Assembly: GCA_046598045.1 (NCBI GenBank)
Contig: JBKJJJ010000001.1
Location: 1-30,990, forward strand
Direction: 5' to 3'
Source of the DNA: Candidatus Eiseniibacteriota bacterium
Lineage (GTDB): Bacteria > Eisenbacteria > RBG-16-71-46 > DASYSL01
DNA: 30,990 bases
Part shown: positions 1 to 13,546 of the stretch, in pieces
Position numbering within the stretch: position 1 is the first letter of the stretch
How the letters are laid out: each line of letters opens with the position of its first letter
Translations under genes and position numbers: made by a program
The notes under the pieces: generated by a model
What the model saw: the letters and a program-made list of their open reading frames with translations, nothing else
Told to the model about the DNA's origin: nothing
Databases searched by the model: none

Positions 1-14
1 TCGGGATCGCTCAC
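1..14 (-). CDS. 5' end of a gene running off the left edge (starts M-S-D-P); product unknown
   Basis: GTG at 12-14 overlaps the TGA of the upstream gene (GTGA coupling) and follows GGGGGAG; only about 4 codons are visible. Confidence 0.45.
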
Positions 15-457
15 GAGCGCTCCCCCTTTGCCGGCGCGCCGAGCCGCGCCGCGAGCGCCGCGGCGAGCCGTCCGCGAAATTCCGCGCCTTCGCCCGCCTC
101 CCACAGGAGGAGCACCGGGGGCAGGAAGCGCGCGGTGCCGCGGCCCTTGAGCGCGATCCACGCCGAGCGCTCGCCGACGCGCACGCCGTACTCGCCGAGT
201 GTCTCCCACGCGAACACGCGCTCGCCGAACGGCGTGCGCCGCATCACGCCCGCATCGTCCACGCGATACACGGCAGGCACCCACAGCGGGCCCACCAGGT
301 AGATCCCGAGCGCGACCAGCACGAGCGCCATGCCCGGCGGCCCGAAACGCGCGATCAGCACGCTGACCAGGAGCCACAGCACGAGCCCGAGTCGGGCCGC
401 CTGCGGGCGTCCCCGCCCCGGCCGCACCGACCAGGCGAGCGCGCCCGGATCGCTTAC
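11..457 (-). CDS. Small membrane protein: two TM helices followed by a bPH/YcxB-like soluble domain; start uncertain (457 GTA, 427 GTG or 331 ATG)
   Basis: C-terminal part of ORF 11..2173: LGLVLWLLVSVLIA and MALVLVALGIYLVGPLWVP, then YRVDDAGVMRRTPFGERVFAWETL; directly follows the gcvPB stop. Confidence 0.7.
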   Translation of the reverse strand, partial: VSDPGALAWSVRPGRGRPQAARLGLVLWLLVSVLIARFGPPGMALVLVALGIYLVGPLWVPAVYRVDDAGVMRRTPFGERVFAWETLGEYGVRVGERSAWIALKGRGTARFLPPVLLLWEAGEGAEFRGRLAAALAARLGAPAKGERS

Positions 458-2049
458 GACGCCTTCCAGGTGAGCCGCAATTCCCGCGCGGCGCGGCCCT
501 CGTCGAGCCGGGAGACCGGCGTCGTCCACGGCGCGCCGGTGACGATCGAGGCGTCGGTGCACGCCTCCTCGGCGATGCGCAGCATCACGGCGGCGAACAG
601 GTCGAGGGTGCGGAGCGTCTCGGTCTCGGTGGGCTCGATCATGATCGCCTCCTCGACGATCAGCGGGAAGTACACCGTCGGCGCATGCACGCCGAAGTCG
701 AGCAGGCGCTTCGCCACGTCCGTCGTGCGCACGCCGAACTTGCGAAGGCTTTTCCCCGAGAGCACGAACTCGTGCATGCACGGCCGATCGAACGGCAGGT
801 CGTACGCGCCCTGCAGCTTGCGCATCAGGTAGTTCGCGTTGAGGATCGCCTCGTGGCTGATCTCGGCGAGACCGTCGGGTCCGAGTGAGCGGATGTACGC
901 GTACGCGCGCACCAGCACCCCGAAGTTGCCGAGGAACGTGTGCACGCGCCCGACGCTCGTGGGCCGTGCCGGCTCGAGCGTGAACGTGCCGTCCTTGGCC
1001 GCGAGGACACGCGGCCCCGGCAGGTACGGCTCCAAGTGCGCCCCGACCGCGACCGGCCCGGCGCCCGGTCCCCCGCCGCCGTGCGGCGTGGAGAACGTCT
1101 TGTGCAGGTTGAGGTGCATGAGGTCGAAGACCTTGCCCGGCTGGACGAGCCCGACCAGCGCGTTGAAGTTCGCGCCGTCGAGATAGAGCTGCGCGCCCGC
1201 GGCATGGATCAGGTCGGCCGCCTCCTGGATCTGGGGCTCGAACATGCCGAGCGTCGAAGGCTGGGTGACCATCACCGCGGCGACGTCGGGCCCGAGCGCG
1301 GCCTTGAGCACCTCGAGGTCGAGGTGGCCCTCCTTCGACTTGAGCTCGACCACGCTCCAACCCACTGCGTGCACCGACGCCGGGTTCGTGCCGTGCGCCG
1401 AGTCGGGGACGAGGACCTTCGTGCGCCGGGTCTCGCCGCGCGCGGCGAAGTAGGCACGCACGAGCAGCATGCCCGTGAACTCGCCCTGCGCGCCCGCCGC
1501 CGGCATGAGCGTGACCGCGTCGAAGCCGGTGATCGCGGCGAGCAGGCCCTCGAGCCGATGGATGATCTCGAGCGCCCCCTGCACGCTCTCGACCGGCGCG
1601 AACGGATGTGCCCCGGCCATGCCCGGCAGGAAGGCCAGTTCGTCGTTGATCTTGGGGTTGTGCTTCATGGTGCACGAGCCGAGCGGGTAGATGCCCTTGT
1701 CGAGGTGGTGATTGAGCGTCGACAGGCGCGTGAAATGTCGGATCACCTCGGGCTCGGACATCTCGGGCAGCGCGGCGGGTGTGGCGCGGATCGCCCACGC
1801 CGGCAGCGCGTCGGAAAGCGTCGTCACGGGCACGTCGCATGCCGGCAGGCGCACGCCGCGATGTCCCGGGACCGACAACTCGGAGAGCAAGGGCTCGACG
1901 ATGCCGGGCGGCGTCGGCGGCAGCACGGGCGAGGCCGCGGGCGGCAGGCCGGCGAGCGCGCCCGGGGGCGGGACGACCGGAGTGACCGGAGCGGGCCGGG
2001 CCTGGGAGGCGCCGGCCTGCACGCTCGGGGACACGGTTTCGGGCGTCAT
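454..2049 (-). CDS. gcvPB: Glycine dehydrogenase (decarboxylating) subunit 2
   Basis: YPLGSCTMKHNP, PDSAHGTNPAS and PLP-lysine motif HLNLHKTFSTPHGGGGPG; ATG overlaps the gcvPA stop (ATGA) after a GGGAGG RBS. Confidence 0.97.
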   Translation of the reverse strand: MTPETVSPSVQAGASQARPAPVTPVVPPPGALAGLPPAASPVLPPTPPGIVEPLLSELSVPGHRGVRLPACDVPVTTLSDALPAWAIRATPAALPEMSEPEVIRHFTRLSTLNHHLDKGIYPLGSCTMKHNPKINDELAFLPGMAGAHPFAPVESVQGALEIIHRLEGLLAAITGFDAVTLMPAAGAQGEFTGMLLVRAYFAARGETRRTKVLVPDSAHGTNPASVHAVGWSVVELKSKEGHLDLEVLKAALGPDVAAVMVTQPSTLGMFEPQIQEAADLIHAAGAQLYLDGANFNALVGLVQPGKVFDLMHLNLHKTFSTPHGGGGPGAGPVAVGAHLEPYLPGPRVLAAKDGTFTLEPARPTSVGRVHTFLGNFGVLVRAYAYIRSLGPDGLAEISHEAILNANYLMRKLQGAYDLPFDRPCMHEFVLSGKSLRKFGVRTTDVAKRLLDFGVHAPTVYFPLIVEEAIMIEPTETETLRTLDLFAAVMLRIAEEACTDASIVTGAPWTTPVSRLDEGRAARELRLTWKAS

Positions 2050-3401
2050 CGCGCGCCTCCCTGGAGCGCGGCGGCGAGGGCGTCGGCCCAGCGGTCGATC
2101 TCGGCCTTGGTGCGCTTCTCGGTCGCAGCGACCAGGAGAAGATTCGCGGTGTCCGCGCCGAACGCGGCGCCATCGACGCCCAGCAGCACGCCGTGCTCGC
2201 GACCGCGGCGGATCACGTCCGCCGCAGGCGTCGGCAGGCGGAGCGCGACCTCGCGCAGGTACGGCGCCGAGTACGCGACCTCGACGCCGGCCTTCGCCTG
2301 CGCCTGCGCCGCCGCGTAGTGTGTCTTCTGGAAGCACAGCGTCGCGACGTCGACCAGGCCCTGCTTGCCGAGCAACGCGAGGTAGATCGTGTTCATGAGT
2401 GCGATCAGCCCCTGGTTCGTACAGATGTTCGACGTCGCCTTCTCGCGGCGGATGTGCTGCTCGCGGGTCTGGAGCGTGAGCACGAACCCGCGGCGCCCCT
2501 GCCCGTCGACGGTCTGCCCGACGATGCGTCCCGGGAAACGCCGCACGAACTCCTTCTTGCCGGCAAAGAACCCGCACACGGGTCCGCCAAAGGAGATCGG
2601 CGCGCCCAGCGATTGCGCCTCGCCGACGCACAGGTCCGCGCCGAGCGCGCCCGGCGGCGTGAGCAGCGCGAGCGCGATCGGGTCGGCGGCGACGACCGCG
2701 AGCGCGCCCGCGGCGTGCGCCGCGTCGGTGAGCGCACGCACGTCCTCGAGCGCGCCGAAGAAGTTCGGGTACTGCAGCACGACGCACGCGGTGTCCGGGC
2801 CGATCGCCGCGGCCAGCGACTGGGCCGAGACCGTGCCGGTGGCGGTATCGTGCGCGACGTGGTGCACGTGCTCCTTGCCGAGGAACGTGCCGAGCGCCTG
2901 CTCGTAGTGCGGGTGGAGCGCGCCGGCCACGACGACACCCTGGCGGCCGGTCTGCGCGCGCGCGAGGTAGCCGGCCTCGACCACGGCGGACGCACCGTCA
3001 TAGAGCGATGCGTTCGCGACCTCGAGCCCCGTCAGCTCCGCGACCATGCTCTGGAACTCGAAGATCACCTGCAGCGTGCCCTGCGCGACCTCGGGCTGGT
3101 AGGGCGTATAGGCGGTCATGAACTCCGAGCGCAGCGCGACCCGCGGCAGTGCGCTCGGGATGTAGTGGTCGTACATGCCGCCGCCTAGGAACGAGGGCAC
3201 GTCGCGCGCGGCGTCGTTCTTGGCGGCGATCGCGCCGATCTCGGCGCGCAGCTCGAGTTCGCTCGCGGCGGGCGGCACGTCGAGCGCGCCGTCGACGCGC
3301 AGTGCGGGTGGCACGTCGATCAGCAGGTCCTCGAAGCGGGCGACGCCGATGGAGGCGAGCATCGCCTCGCGCTCGGCGGCGCTACGGCCGACGTAGCTCA
3401 T
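2046..3401 (-). CDS. gcvPA: Glycine dehydrogenase (decarboxylating) subunit 1
   Basis: FLGGGMYDHYIP, TAYTPYQPEVAQG, NASLYDGASA and LQTREQHIRREKATSNICTNQ; ATGA overlap with gcvH. Confidence 0.97.
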   Translation of the reverse strand: MSYVGRSAAEREAMLASIGVARFEDLLIDVPPALRVDGALDVPPAASELELRAEIGAIAAKNDAARDVPSFLGGGMYDHYIPSALPRVALRSEFMTAYTPYQPEVAQGTLQVIFEFQSMVAELTGLEVANASLYDGASAVVEAGYLARAQTGRQGVVVAGALHPHYEQALGTFLGKEHVHHVAHDTATGTVSAQSLAAAIGPDTACVVLQYPNFFGALEDVRALTDAAHAAGALAVVAADPIALALLTPPGALGADLCVGEAQSLGAPISFGGPVCGFFAGKKEFVRRFPGRIVGQTVDGQGRRGFVLTLQTREQHIRREKATSNICTNQGLIALMNTIYLALLGKQGLVDVATLCFQKTHYAAAQAQAKAGVEVAYSAPYLREVALRLPTPAADVIRRGREHGVLLGVDGAAFGADTANLLLVAATEKRTKAEIDRWADALAAALQGGAR

Positions 3402-3784
3402 GCGTGGTGCGCCTCCAGCAATGCCTGGTAGGCGCTCGCGTCGAGCAGGTGATCGAGATCCGCCGCGTTCGACGGACGGATCTTGACCATCCAGCCGCCC
3501 TCGTATGGCGCCTGGTTGACCAGCGCCGGCTGCTCGCCGAGCGCCGGGTTGACCTCGACGATCTCGCCCGCGAGCGGGGCGTAGAGATCGCTCACGGTCT
3601 TCACGGCCTCGATCACGCCGAACGACTGGCCGGCTTCGAGCGTGCGCCCGACCGGCGGCAGCTCGACGAACACGACGTCGCCCAGCTGGTCCTGCGCGTA
3701 GTGCGTGATGCCGACGACGACGAGGTCGCCGTCCTTCTTGGCCCACTCGTGATCCTTCGTGTAACGGAGACCTTCCGGGGTCAT
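3398..3784 (-). CDS. gcvH: Glycine cleavage system H protein
   Basis: LRYTKDHEW, GITHYAQDQLGDVVFVELP, lipoyl-Lys motif IEAVKTVSDLYAP, VNQAPYEGGW. Confidence 0.97.
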   Translation of the reverse strand: MTPEGLRYTKDHEWAKKDGDLVVVGITHYAQDQLGDVVFVELPPVGRTLEAGQSFGVIEAVKTVSDLYAPLAGEIVEVNPALGEQPALVNQAPYEGGWMVKIRPSNAADLDHLLDASAYQALLEAHHA

Positions 3785-3806
3785 GGCAGTCCTTTCGCGG
3801 AGAACG

Positions 3807-4904
3807 TCAGCGATGCGAGGCCTGGGTGTAGAACGGACGGGGCACGACCTTTGCCGGCAGTTCAACGGAGCCCGAGCGCACGGTGTAGGCGGTGCCGTTC
3901 GCGGCGCCCCCCGCCGGGACGTAGGCGAGCGCGATGCTTCGGCCGAGCGAGGGCGACGAGCTGCCGCTGGTCACGCGGCCGACCACGGCGCCGTCCAGCA
4001 CGACCTCCCAGCCCTGGCGCGCGACGCGCGGCGAGGCGATGTCGAGCCCGACCAGCCGGCGCTTGAGGCCGTCGGCCTTCGCCTTCACCAGCGCGGCCTT
4101 CGACACAAAGTCGTCCTTGTCGAGCTTGACCGTCCAACCGAGCGAGGCCTCGAGCGGGTGGGTCGTGCGATCGATGTCGTTGCCGTAAAGGCAGAATGCC
4201 ATCTCGAGGCGGAGGGTATCGCGCGCGCCGAGGCCGATCGGCTGCAGCCCGACCTTCGCGCCCGCCTTGAACAACTCGTCCCACACGCGCTCGCCTTGCG
4301 TGGCATCAAAGTAGAGCTCGAACCCGTCCTCGCCGGTGTACCCCGTGCGCGAGAACACCATGGGCACGCCCCACAGGGTCGCGCCCGTGAAACGGTAGTA
4401 GCCGAGGTCGAGAGCGGCCGCGGGCACGAGGCCGTCGAAGATCTCGGCCGCGCGCGGGCCCTGGACGGCGAGTTGGGCGATGCTCTCGGACACGTTTTCG
4501 AGCCGCACGTCGAAGCCCTGCGCCATCTCCTGCACCCACGCCCAGTCGCCCTCGATGTTCGCGGCGTTGACCACGAGCATGATGCGGTCCTCGAACTTGT
4601 AGGCGAGCAGGTCGTCGACGATCCCGCCGTCGGGCAGGCACATCGGCGTGTAGACCGCCTGGCCGACGTCGACCGCGGCGACGCGGTTGGTCACGAGGTG
4701 GTCGACGAAGCGCCCGGCATCGGGGCCGCGGACCTCGAACTCGCCCATGTGGGAGACATCGAACACTCCCGCCGCGGTGCGCACGGCGAGGTGCTCGGCA
4801 AGGATGCCGGCGTAGGAGATCGGCATCAGAAACCCGGCGAACTCAACGAGTTTGGCGCCGGCCCTCTTGTGACACTCGAGGAAGGGCGTGGTCAGCGTGG
4901 TCAT
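3807..4904 (-). CDS. gcvT: Glycine cleavage system T protein (aminomethyltransferase)
   Basis: [26 protein letters not shown] and [11 protein letters not shown] motifs; ATG at 4904 after GGAG. Confidence 0.97.
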   Translation of the reverse strand: MTTLTTPFLECHKRAGAKLVEFAGFLMPISYAGILAEHLAVRTAAGVFDVSHMGEFEVRGPDAGRFVDHLVTNRVAAVDVGQAVYTPMCLPDGGIVDDLLAYKFEDRIMLVVNAANIEGDWAWVQEMAQGFDVRLENVSESIAQLAVQGPRAAEIFDGLVPAAALDLGYYRFTGATLWGVPMVFSRTGYTGEDGFELYFDATQGERVWDELFKAGAKVGLQPIGLGARDTLRLEMAFCLYGNDIDRTTHPLEASLGWTVKLDKDDFVSKAALVKAKADGLKRRLVGLDIASPRVARQGWEVVLDGAVVGRVTSGSSSPSLGRSIALAYVPAGGAANGTAYTVRSGSVELPAKVVPRPFYTQASHR

Positions 4905-4959
4905 CGCGCTCCAGCGGGATCCGAGGGAGGTGGTGAAAATCGTCACAAGCGACAGCAGC

Positions 4960-4988
4960 ACCTTAGCATGCGGGTCAAGGGCCCGCAA
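4960..4988 (-). promoter_or_regulatory. Candidate sigma70-type promoter for the gcv operon
   Basis: Minus strand TTGCGG-17 nt-TAAGGT with an extended -10 TG (TGcTAAGGT), in the 108-bp gap upstream of gcvT. Confidence 0.5.
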
Positions 4989-5012
4989 TTGGGACGCTCC
5001 GGTGGTCTCGGC

Positions 5013-5591
5013 TCAGCGCGGTTCGAGCGCCCGGAAGGCCGGGTCGTTTGGTACGGCGGCCCTTGCCCACTGGACGAACTTGCCCCTCATCCGGTCGAAG
5101 TCCCCACCCATGTGTACGTTCCCAGCGGCGATCCACAGCATCTCGCACTCGAAGCAGAGGAGCACATCGACTTCGCCTTCGGGGTCGCAGAAACGGACCG
5201 CGAGCCCGGGCATGGGGCCGCACTTCTTCTGACCCGCGACCCCTGAATCGAACGATTCGGCGCGGCCGAGCAGGCGAATCAGCCGCGAAGCGAGACCCCG
5301 GTTGGCCAGGGGACGGGTCCAGGCGACCTTGTAATCGGCGTAGCCGATGAATTGTACCCTCCCGGTGCCCACCCATTCCCCCGTCAGGCGCACGATCCTC
5401 ACGTCGGTCGACCGGCGCATGCGGTCGAGAATCTGCGCAGAGGGTGGCCGGAGCTGCGGCCGCTTGGGCTCGGATAACGTCGAAAGGCGGGGCGCTTCCA
5501 CCTGCAGCGTATCCGTCGTTGCGGCGACCACCGCGGTGCACGTCGCCAGGGCGGCGAGGAGAGCGACGAGGCGCGTGGGTGATCCCTTCAT
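5013..5591 (-). CDS. Hypothetical secreted protein with a C-x3-P ... CFEC cysteine motif (192 aa)
   Basis: MKGSPTRLVALLAALATCTAVVAA signal-like N-terminus; KKCGPMPG...LLCFECEMLW; ATG overlaps the kbl stop (ATGA). Confidence 0.75.
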   Translation of the reverse strand: MKGSPTRLVALLAALATCTAVVAATTDTLQVEAPRLSTLSEPKRPQLRPPSAQILDRMRRSTDVRIVRLTGEWVGTGRVQFIGYADYKVAWTRPLANRGLASRLIRLLGRAESFDSGVAGQKKCGPMPGLAVRFCDPEGEVDVLLCFECEMLWIAAGNVHMGGDFDRMRGKFVQWARAAVPNDPAFRALEPR

Positions 5592-6787
5592 GCGGTGGGC
5601 GCGAGAACCCCGAGTTCGTGCCCGACGCGCGCGAACGCATCGACCGCCTGCTCGAGGTGCGCCCGCGTGTGGGCGGCGGAAACCTGCACCCGAATGCGCG
5701 CTAGCCCCTTCGCCACGACCGGGTAGGAGAAGCCGATCACGTAGATCCCCTCGTCGAGCAATCGGCGGGCGAACGCGTGGGTCTTCTTCTCGTCGAAGAG
5801 CATGATCGGGACGATTGGGTGAATGCCCGGCTTGATCTCGAAGCCCTTCGCCGTGAGCGCCGCGCGGAACCACGCGGTGTTCTTCTCCAGCGTGTCCCTG
5901 AGCTCGGTCGTCTGGTCGAGCAGCGCGAACACCGCGAGCGAGGCGCCGGCGATCGCGGGCATGAGCGTGTTCGAGAACAGGTACGGGCGCGAGCGCTGCC
6001 GCATCAGGTCGACGATCGGCCGCCGCCCCGCGACAAAGCCCCCCATCGCGCCACCGAGCGCCTTGCCGAGCGTGCCGGTCACGATGTCGATCTCGCCCAG
6101 GACGCCGCAGTGCTCGGTCGCGCCGCGGCCGGTCTTGCCGAGGAACCCCGTGGCGTGGCAGTCGTCGACCATCGTCCACGCGTCGAACCGTCTCGCGAGG
6201 GCGACGATCCCGGCCAGATCGGCGATCGAGCCGTCCATCGAGAACACGCCATCGGTCGCGATCAGGATACGCTTGCACCCCTTGGCGCGCGCCTCGGTCA
6301 GGCAGCGCTCGAGGTCGGCGAGGTCACTATTCTTGTAGCGCCAACGCTCGGCCTTGCACAGGCGGATGCCGTCGATGATGGAGGCGTGATTGAGCTCGTC
6401 GGAAACGATCGCGTCGTGCTCTCCGAGCAACGGCTCGAACACGCCGCCGTTGGCGTCGAAGCACGCGGCATAGAGGATGGCGTCGTCGACCTTGAGGAAC
6501 TTTGCGATCGTCTGCTCGAGCTGCTTGTGAAGGTCCTGCGTGCCGCAGATGAAGCGCACCGAGCTCATGCCGTAGCCGTGCGAGTCGAGCGCGGCATGCG
6601 CGGCGGCGACGACGCGCGGGTCGCCCGAGAGGCCGAGATAGTTGTTCGCGCAGAAGTTGAGCACGCGGCGGCCGTCGACCAGCGAGATCTCGGCGCCCTG
6701 CGGACCGGCGATCACGCGCTCGTCCTTCCACAGCCCGCCGTCTTTGATCTCGGCGAGCGAGGCCTCGAGTTCGGAGAACGAGGTCAT
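5588..6787 (-). CDS. kbl: Glycine C-acetyltransferase (2-amino-3-ketobutyrate CoA ligase)
   Basis: NFCANNYLGL, SSVRFICGTQDLH, SDELNHASIIDG, PLP-Lys motif GTLGKALGGA, RQRSRPYLFSN; adjacent to tdh. Confidence 0.96.
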   Translation of the reverse strand: MTSFSELEASLAEIKDGGLWKDERVIAGPQGAEISLVDGRRVLNFCANNYLGLSGDPRVVAAAHAALDSHGYGMSSVRFICGTQDLHKQLEQTIAKFLKVDDAILYAACFDANGGVFEPLLGEHDAIVSDELNHASIIDGIRLCKAERWRYKNSDLADLERCLTEARAKGCKRILIATDGVFSMDGSIADLAGIVALARRFDAWTMVDDCHATGFLGKTGRGATEHCGVLGEIDIVTGTLGKALGGAMGGFVAGRRPIVDLMRQRSRPYLFSNTLMPAIAGASLAVFALLDQTTELRDTLEKNTAWFRAALTAKGFEIKPGIHPIVPIMLFDEKKTHAFARRLLDEGIYVIGFSYPVVAKGLARIRVQVSAAHTRAHLEQAVDAFARVGHELGVLAPTA

Positions 6788-7880
6788 CGCCGCGCGGGCT
6801 CGGCGGAGAGGGCACCGGCATCGGCCTTCTCGCCCCAGGGCACGAGCACGATCTTGCCAGCCGCGCCGCTCTTGAGCTGCTCCATCGCCTGCGCGTAGTC
6901 CTCGATCGCCATCACGTGCGTCAGCGCCGGGCGGATGTCGAGGCGGCCCGAGGTGAGCAACTCCTCCATCTGGCGCCAGGTCTGGAACATGAGGCGGCCG
7001 TTGATGCCCTGCACGGTCACGCCCTTGAAGATCACGAGGCCGGTCACGTCGAGCTCGAAGGGATCGCTGGGGAGCCCCAGGAGGCTCATGCGCCCGGCAT
7101 TGCGGATGGCCGAGAGGCCCTGCCGGATCGCGGAAGGATGCCCCGACATCTCGAGCACGACGTCCGCGCCGCGCCCGCCTGTGGCCTCGCGTGTTCGCTC
7201 CGCGACGTCCTCCTTCGAGGCGTCGATCACGACGTCCGCACCGATCTTCCGCGCGAGGTCGAGGCGATACGGGTTCACGTCGCTCGCGAGGATCGGCCCC
7301 GCGCCGCACGCGCGCGCGACCGCGATCGAGAACAGGCCGATCGGCCCGCAGCCGGTGACCAGCGCGGAGCAGCCCGCGATCTCCCCCGCCAGCACGGTGT
7401 GCACGGCGTTGCCGAGCGGCTCGAGCGCCGAGGCGACCTCGAGCGACATGCCGGCGGGGATCTTCCAGCAGTTGCGCGCGGGCACCGCCACGAACTCGGC
7501 GTACGCGCCGCTCCGGTCGACGCCCAGGATCTGCACCCGCTCGCACACGTGCATCAACCCGCGCCGGCAGAGGTGGCAGACGCCGCAGGCGACGTGGGTC
7601 TCCACCGCGACCAGGTCGCCGAGCTGGACGCCTTCGCTGTGCGCGCCGGGCGTGACCGCCTGTGCGCCGAGCGCGACCACCTCGCCCACGAACTCGTGCC
7701 CGAAGATCAACGGGGGCTTGATCCGCCCCTGAGACCAGCGATCCCAGCCGTAGATGTGCAGGTCGGTACCGCAGACCGCGACCCGCCGGACCTTGAGGAC
7801 GACCTCGTCCGGCTGGGGCGTGGGATCGGGAACGGTGAGGATCTCGGCGCCGGGGGCGGGCCGGCTCTTGACCAGGGCTT

Positions 7881-7884
<4 letters not shown>
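6784..7884 (-). CDS. tdh: L-threonine 3-dehydrogenase (Zn-dependent)
   Basis: [16 protein letters not shown], structural-Zn CGVCHLC...[27 protein letters not shown]; coupled to kbl. Confidence 0.95.
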
Positions 7885-10739
<2,855 letters not shown>

Positions 10740-10908
10740 GGGGCGTTCTCCGGGAGCCTGCCATGCGATCGAGTCGGGACTCCCGGAGTGTACACCAGCT
10801 GTCCAGCCGTGCCCCCGGGCGGGTTCCGGGGCTCCCGGCGGAGCCCGTGGAACAGACTGGTGCGTTGGTCGTTGGCCTCCGCCCCCGAACAATGCTATGA
10901 ACGTTCGC

Positions 10909-12263
10909 ATGCAAGACACCCGAACCGCCCCGCCCGCGCCCCAGGGCGCCCCGATTCCGCTCCGACAGATCGGCCTCTACGCCGCCACCGCGATCACCGT
11001 CGGCAACATCATCGGCTCGGGCATCTTCCGCTCGCCGCATTCGGTCGCGCAGCAGATTGCCGGGCTCCCGGGCGTACTGGCCGCGTGGATCCTGGGCGGC
11101 GTGCTCTCGCTCGCCGGGTCGCTCGTGCTCGCCGAGCTCGCGGTCGCGCACCCGCGCACGGGCGGGCTGTACGTCTTCATCCGCGAGTCGTTCGGCGACC
11201 TGTGGGGCTTCGTGTTCGGCTGGGCGAACCTGTGGGTGATCAAGCCGACCGTGATCGCCTCGATCGCGAGCGTGTTCGCGCTCTACTTCTGCGAGGCCAT
11301 GCACCTCGGCGCCACGATGGAGTTCGGCGTCGCGGCCGCCGCGATCCTCGGGCTCACGGGAGTCAATGCGCTCGGCGTCCGTCAGGGTGCGGGCACGCAG
11401 TCGGTGTTCACCACGCTCAAGGTGCTCGGCATCGTCCTCCTGTGCGGGGCCGCGTTCCTGCTGCCGCACCGCGGGCCCGACCCGTCCCTTCCCGCCGCGG
11501 TGCTGCCGGTCATGCCGCCGTTGATGCTCGGCTTCGTGGCGGCGATGATCTCGATCCTGTTCGCCTACGACGGGTGGACCGACTCGACGTACGTTGCCGG
11601 CGAGATCAAGGACCCGATGCGCGTGCTGCCGATCGCGATCCTGGGCGGCACCGTGCTGACGGTCGTGATCTACCTGCTGACGAACCTCGCGTACTACGCG
11701 GTGCTCTCCCCCGCCGAGATGGCGAACATCCCGGCGGTCGGCTCGGAGACGGTGCGCCGCGTGCTCGGCGAGGGCGGTGCGCAGGCGCTCGCCGTGCTGG
11801 TCGCGATCTCGACGTTCGGCACGACCAACGGCGCGATCCTGACCGGCCCGCGCGTGACGCAGGCGATGGCGGCCGACGGACTGCTGTGGAAGCCGGCGGC
11901 GCACCTCGACCCGAAGCGCGGCACGCCGGACCTCGCGCTCTGGATCCAGGCCGTGCTGTCGATCGGCTGGCTCGCGCTGTCCCGCGGGTTCGAAGATGTT
12001 TCGGGCTGGTTCGTCACCACGTCCTGGCTGTTCTACGGCCTGACCACGGCGGCGATCTTCGTCCACCGCCGGCGCTCGCGCGAGGGCAGGGAGCCGGTCC
12101 ATCCCTACCGCACGCCGCTCTACCCGATCACGCCCATCGTGTTCGTGGTGGTGACGGTGGCGCTGATCGTGAGCGACCTGACGGCCAGCGGCTGGCGTGC
12201 CTGCGCCGGCGTAGGCATCGCGGCGACGGGGATCCCGGTGTACCTGTTCTGGAAGCGGAAGCG

Positions 12264-12273
<10 letters not shown>
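10909..12273 (+). CDS. APC-family amino acid permease (LAT/SteT-like); alternative start at 10897
   Basis: [42 protein letters not shown] and about 12 hydrophobic segments. Confidence 0.92.
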
Positions 12274-13544
<1,271 letters not shown>

Positions 13545-13546
13545 GG

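Noticed and set aside
4905..5012. Glycine riboswitch upstream of gcvT
   Set aside because: The gap is only 108 bp with a promoter candidate leaving a ~50-nt leader; no aptamer core recognised
10740..10908. LexA/SOS box upstream of uvrA (GAAC-N8-GAAC and GAACGTTC near 10887-10906)
   Set aside because: Spacing matches neither GAAC-N4-GTTC nor GAAC-N7-GAAC, and no CTGT-N8-ACAG is present; a lineage-specific box cannot be excluded
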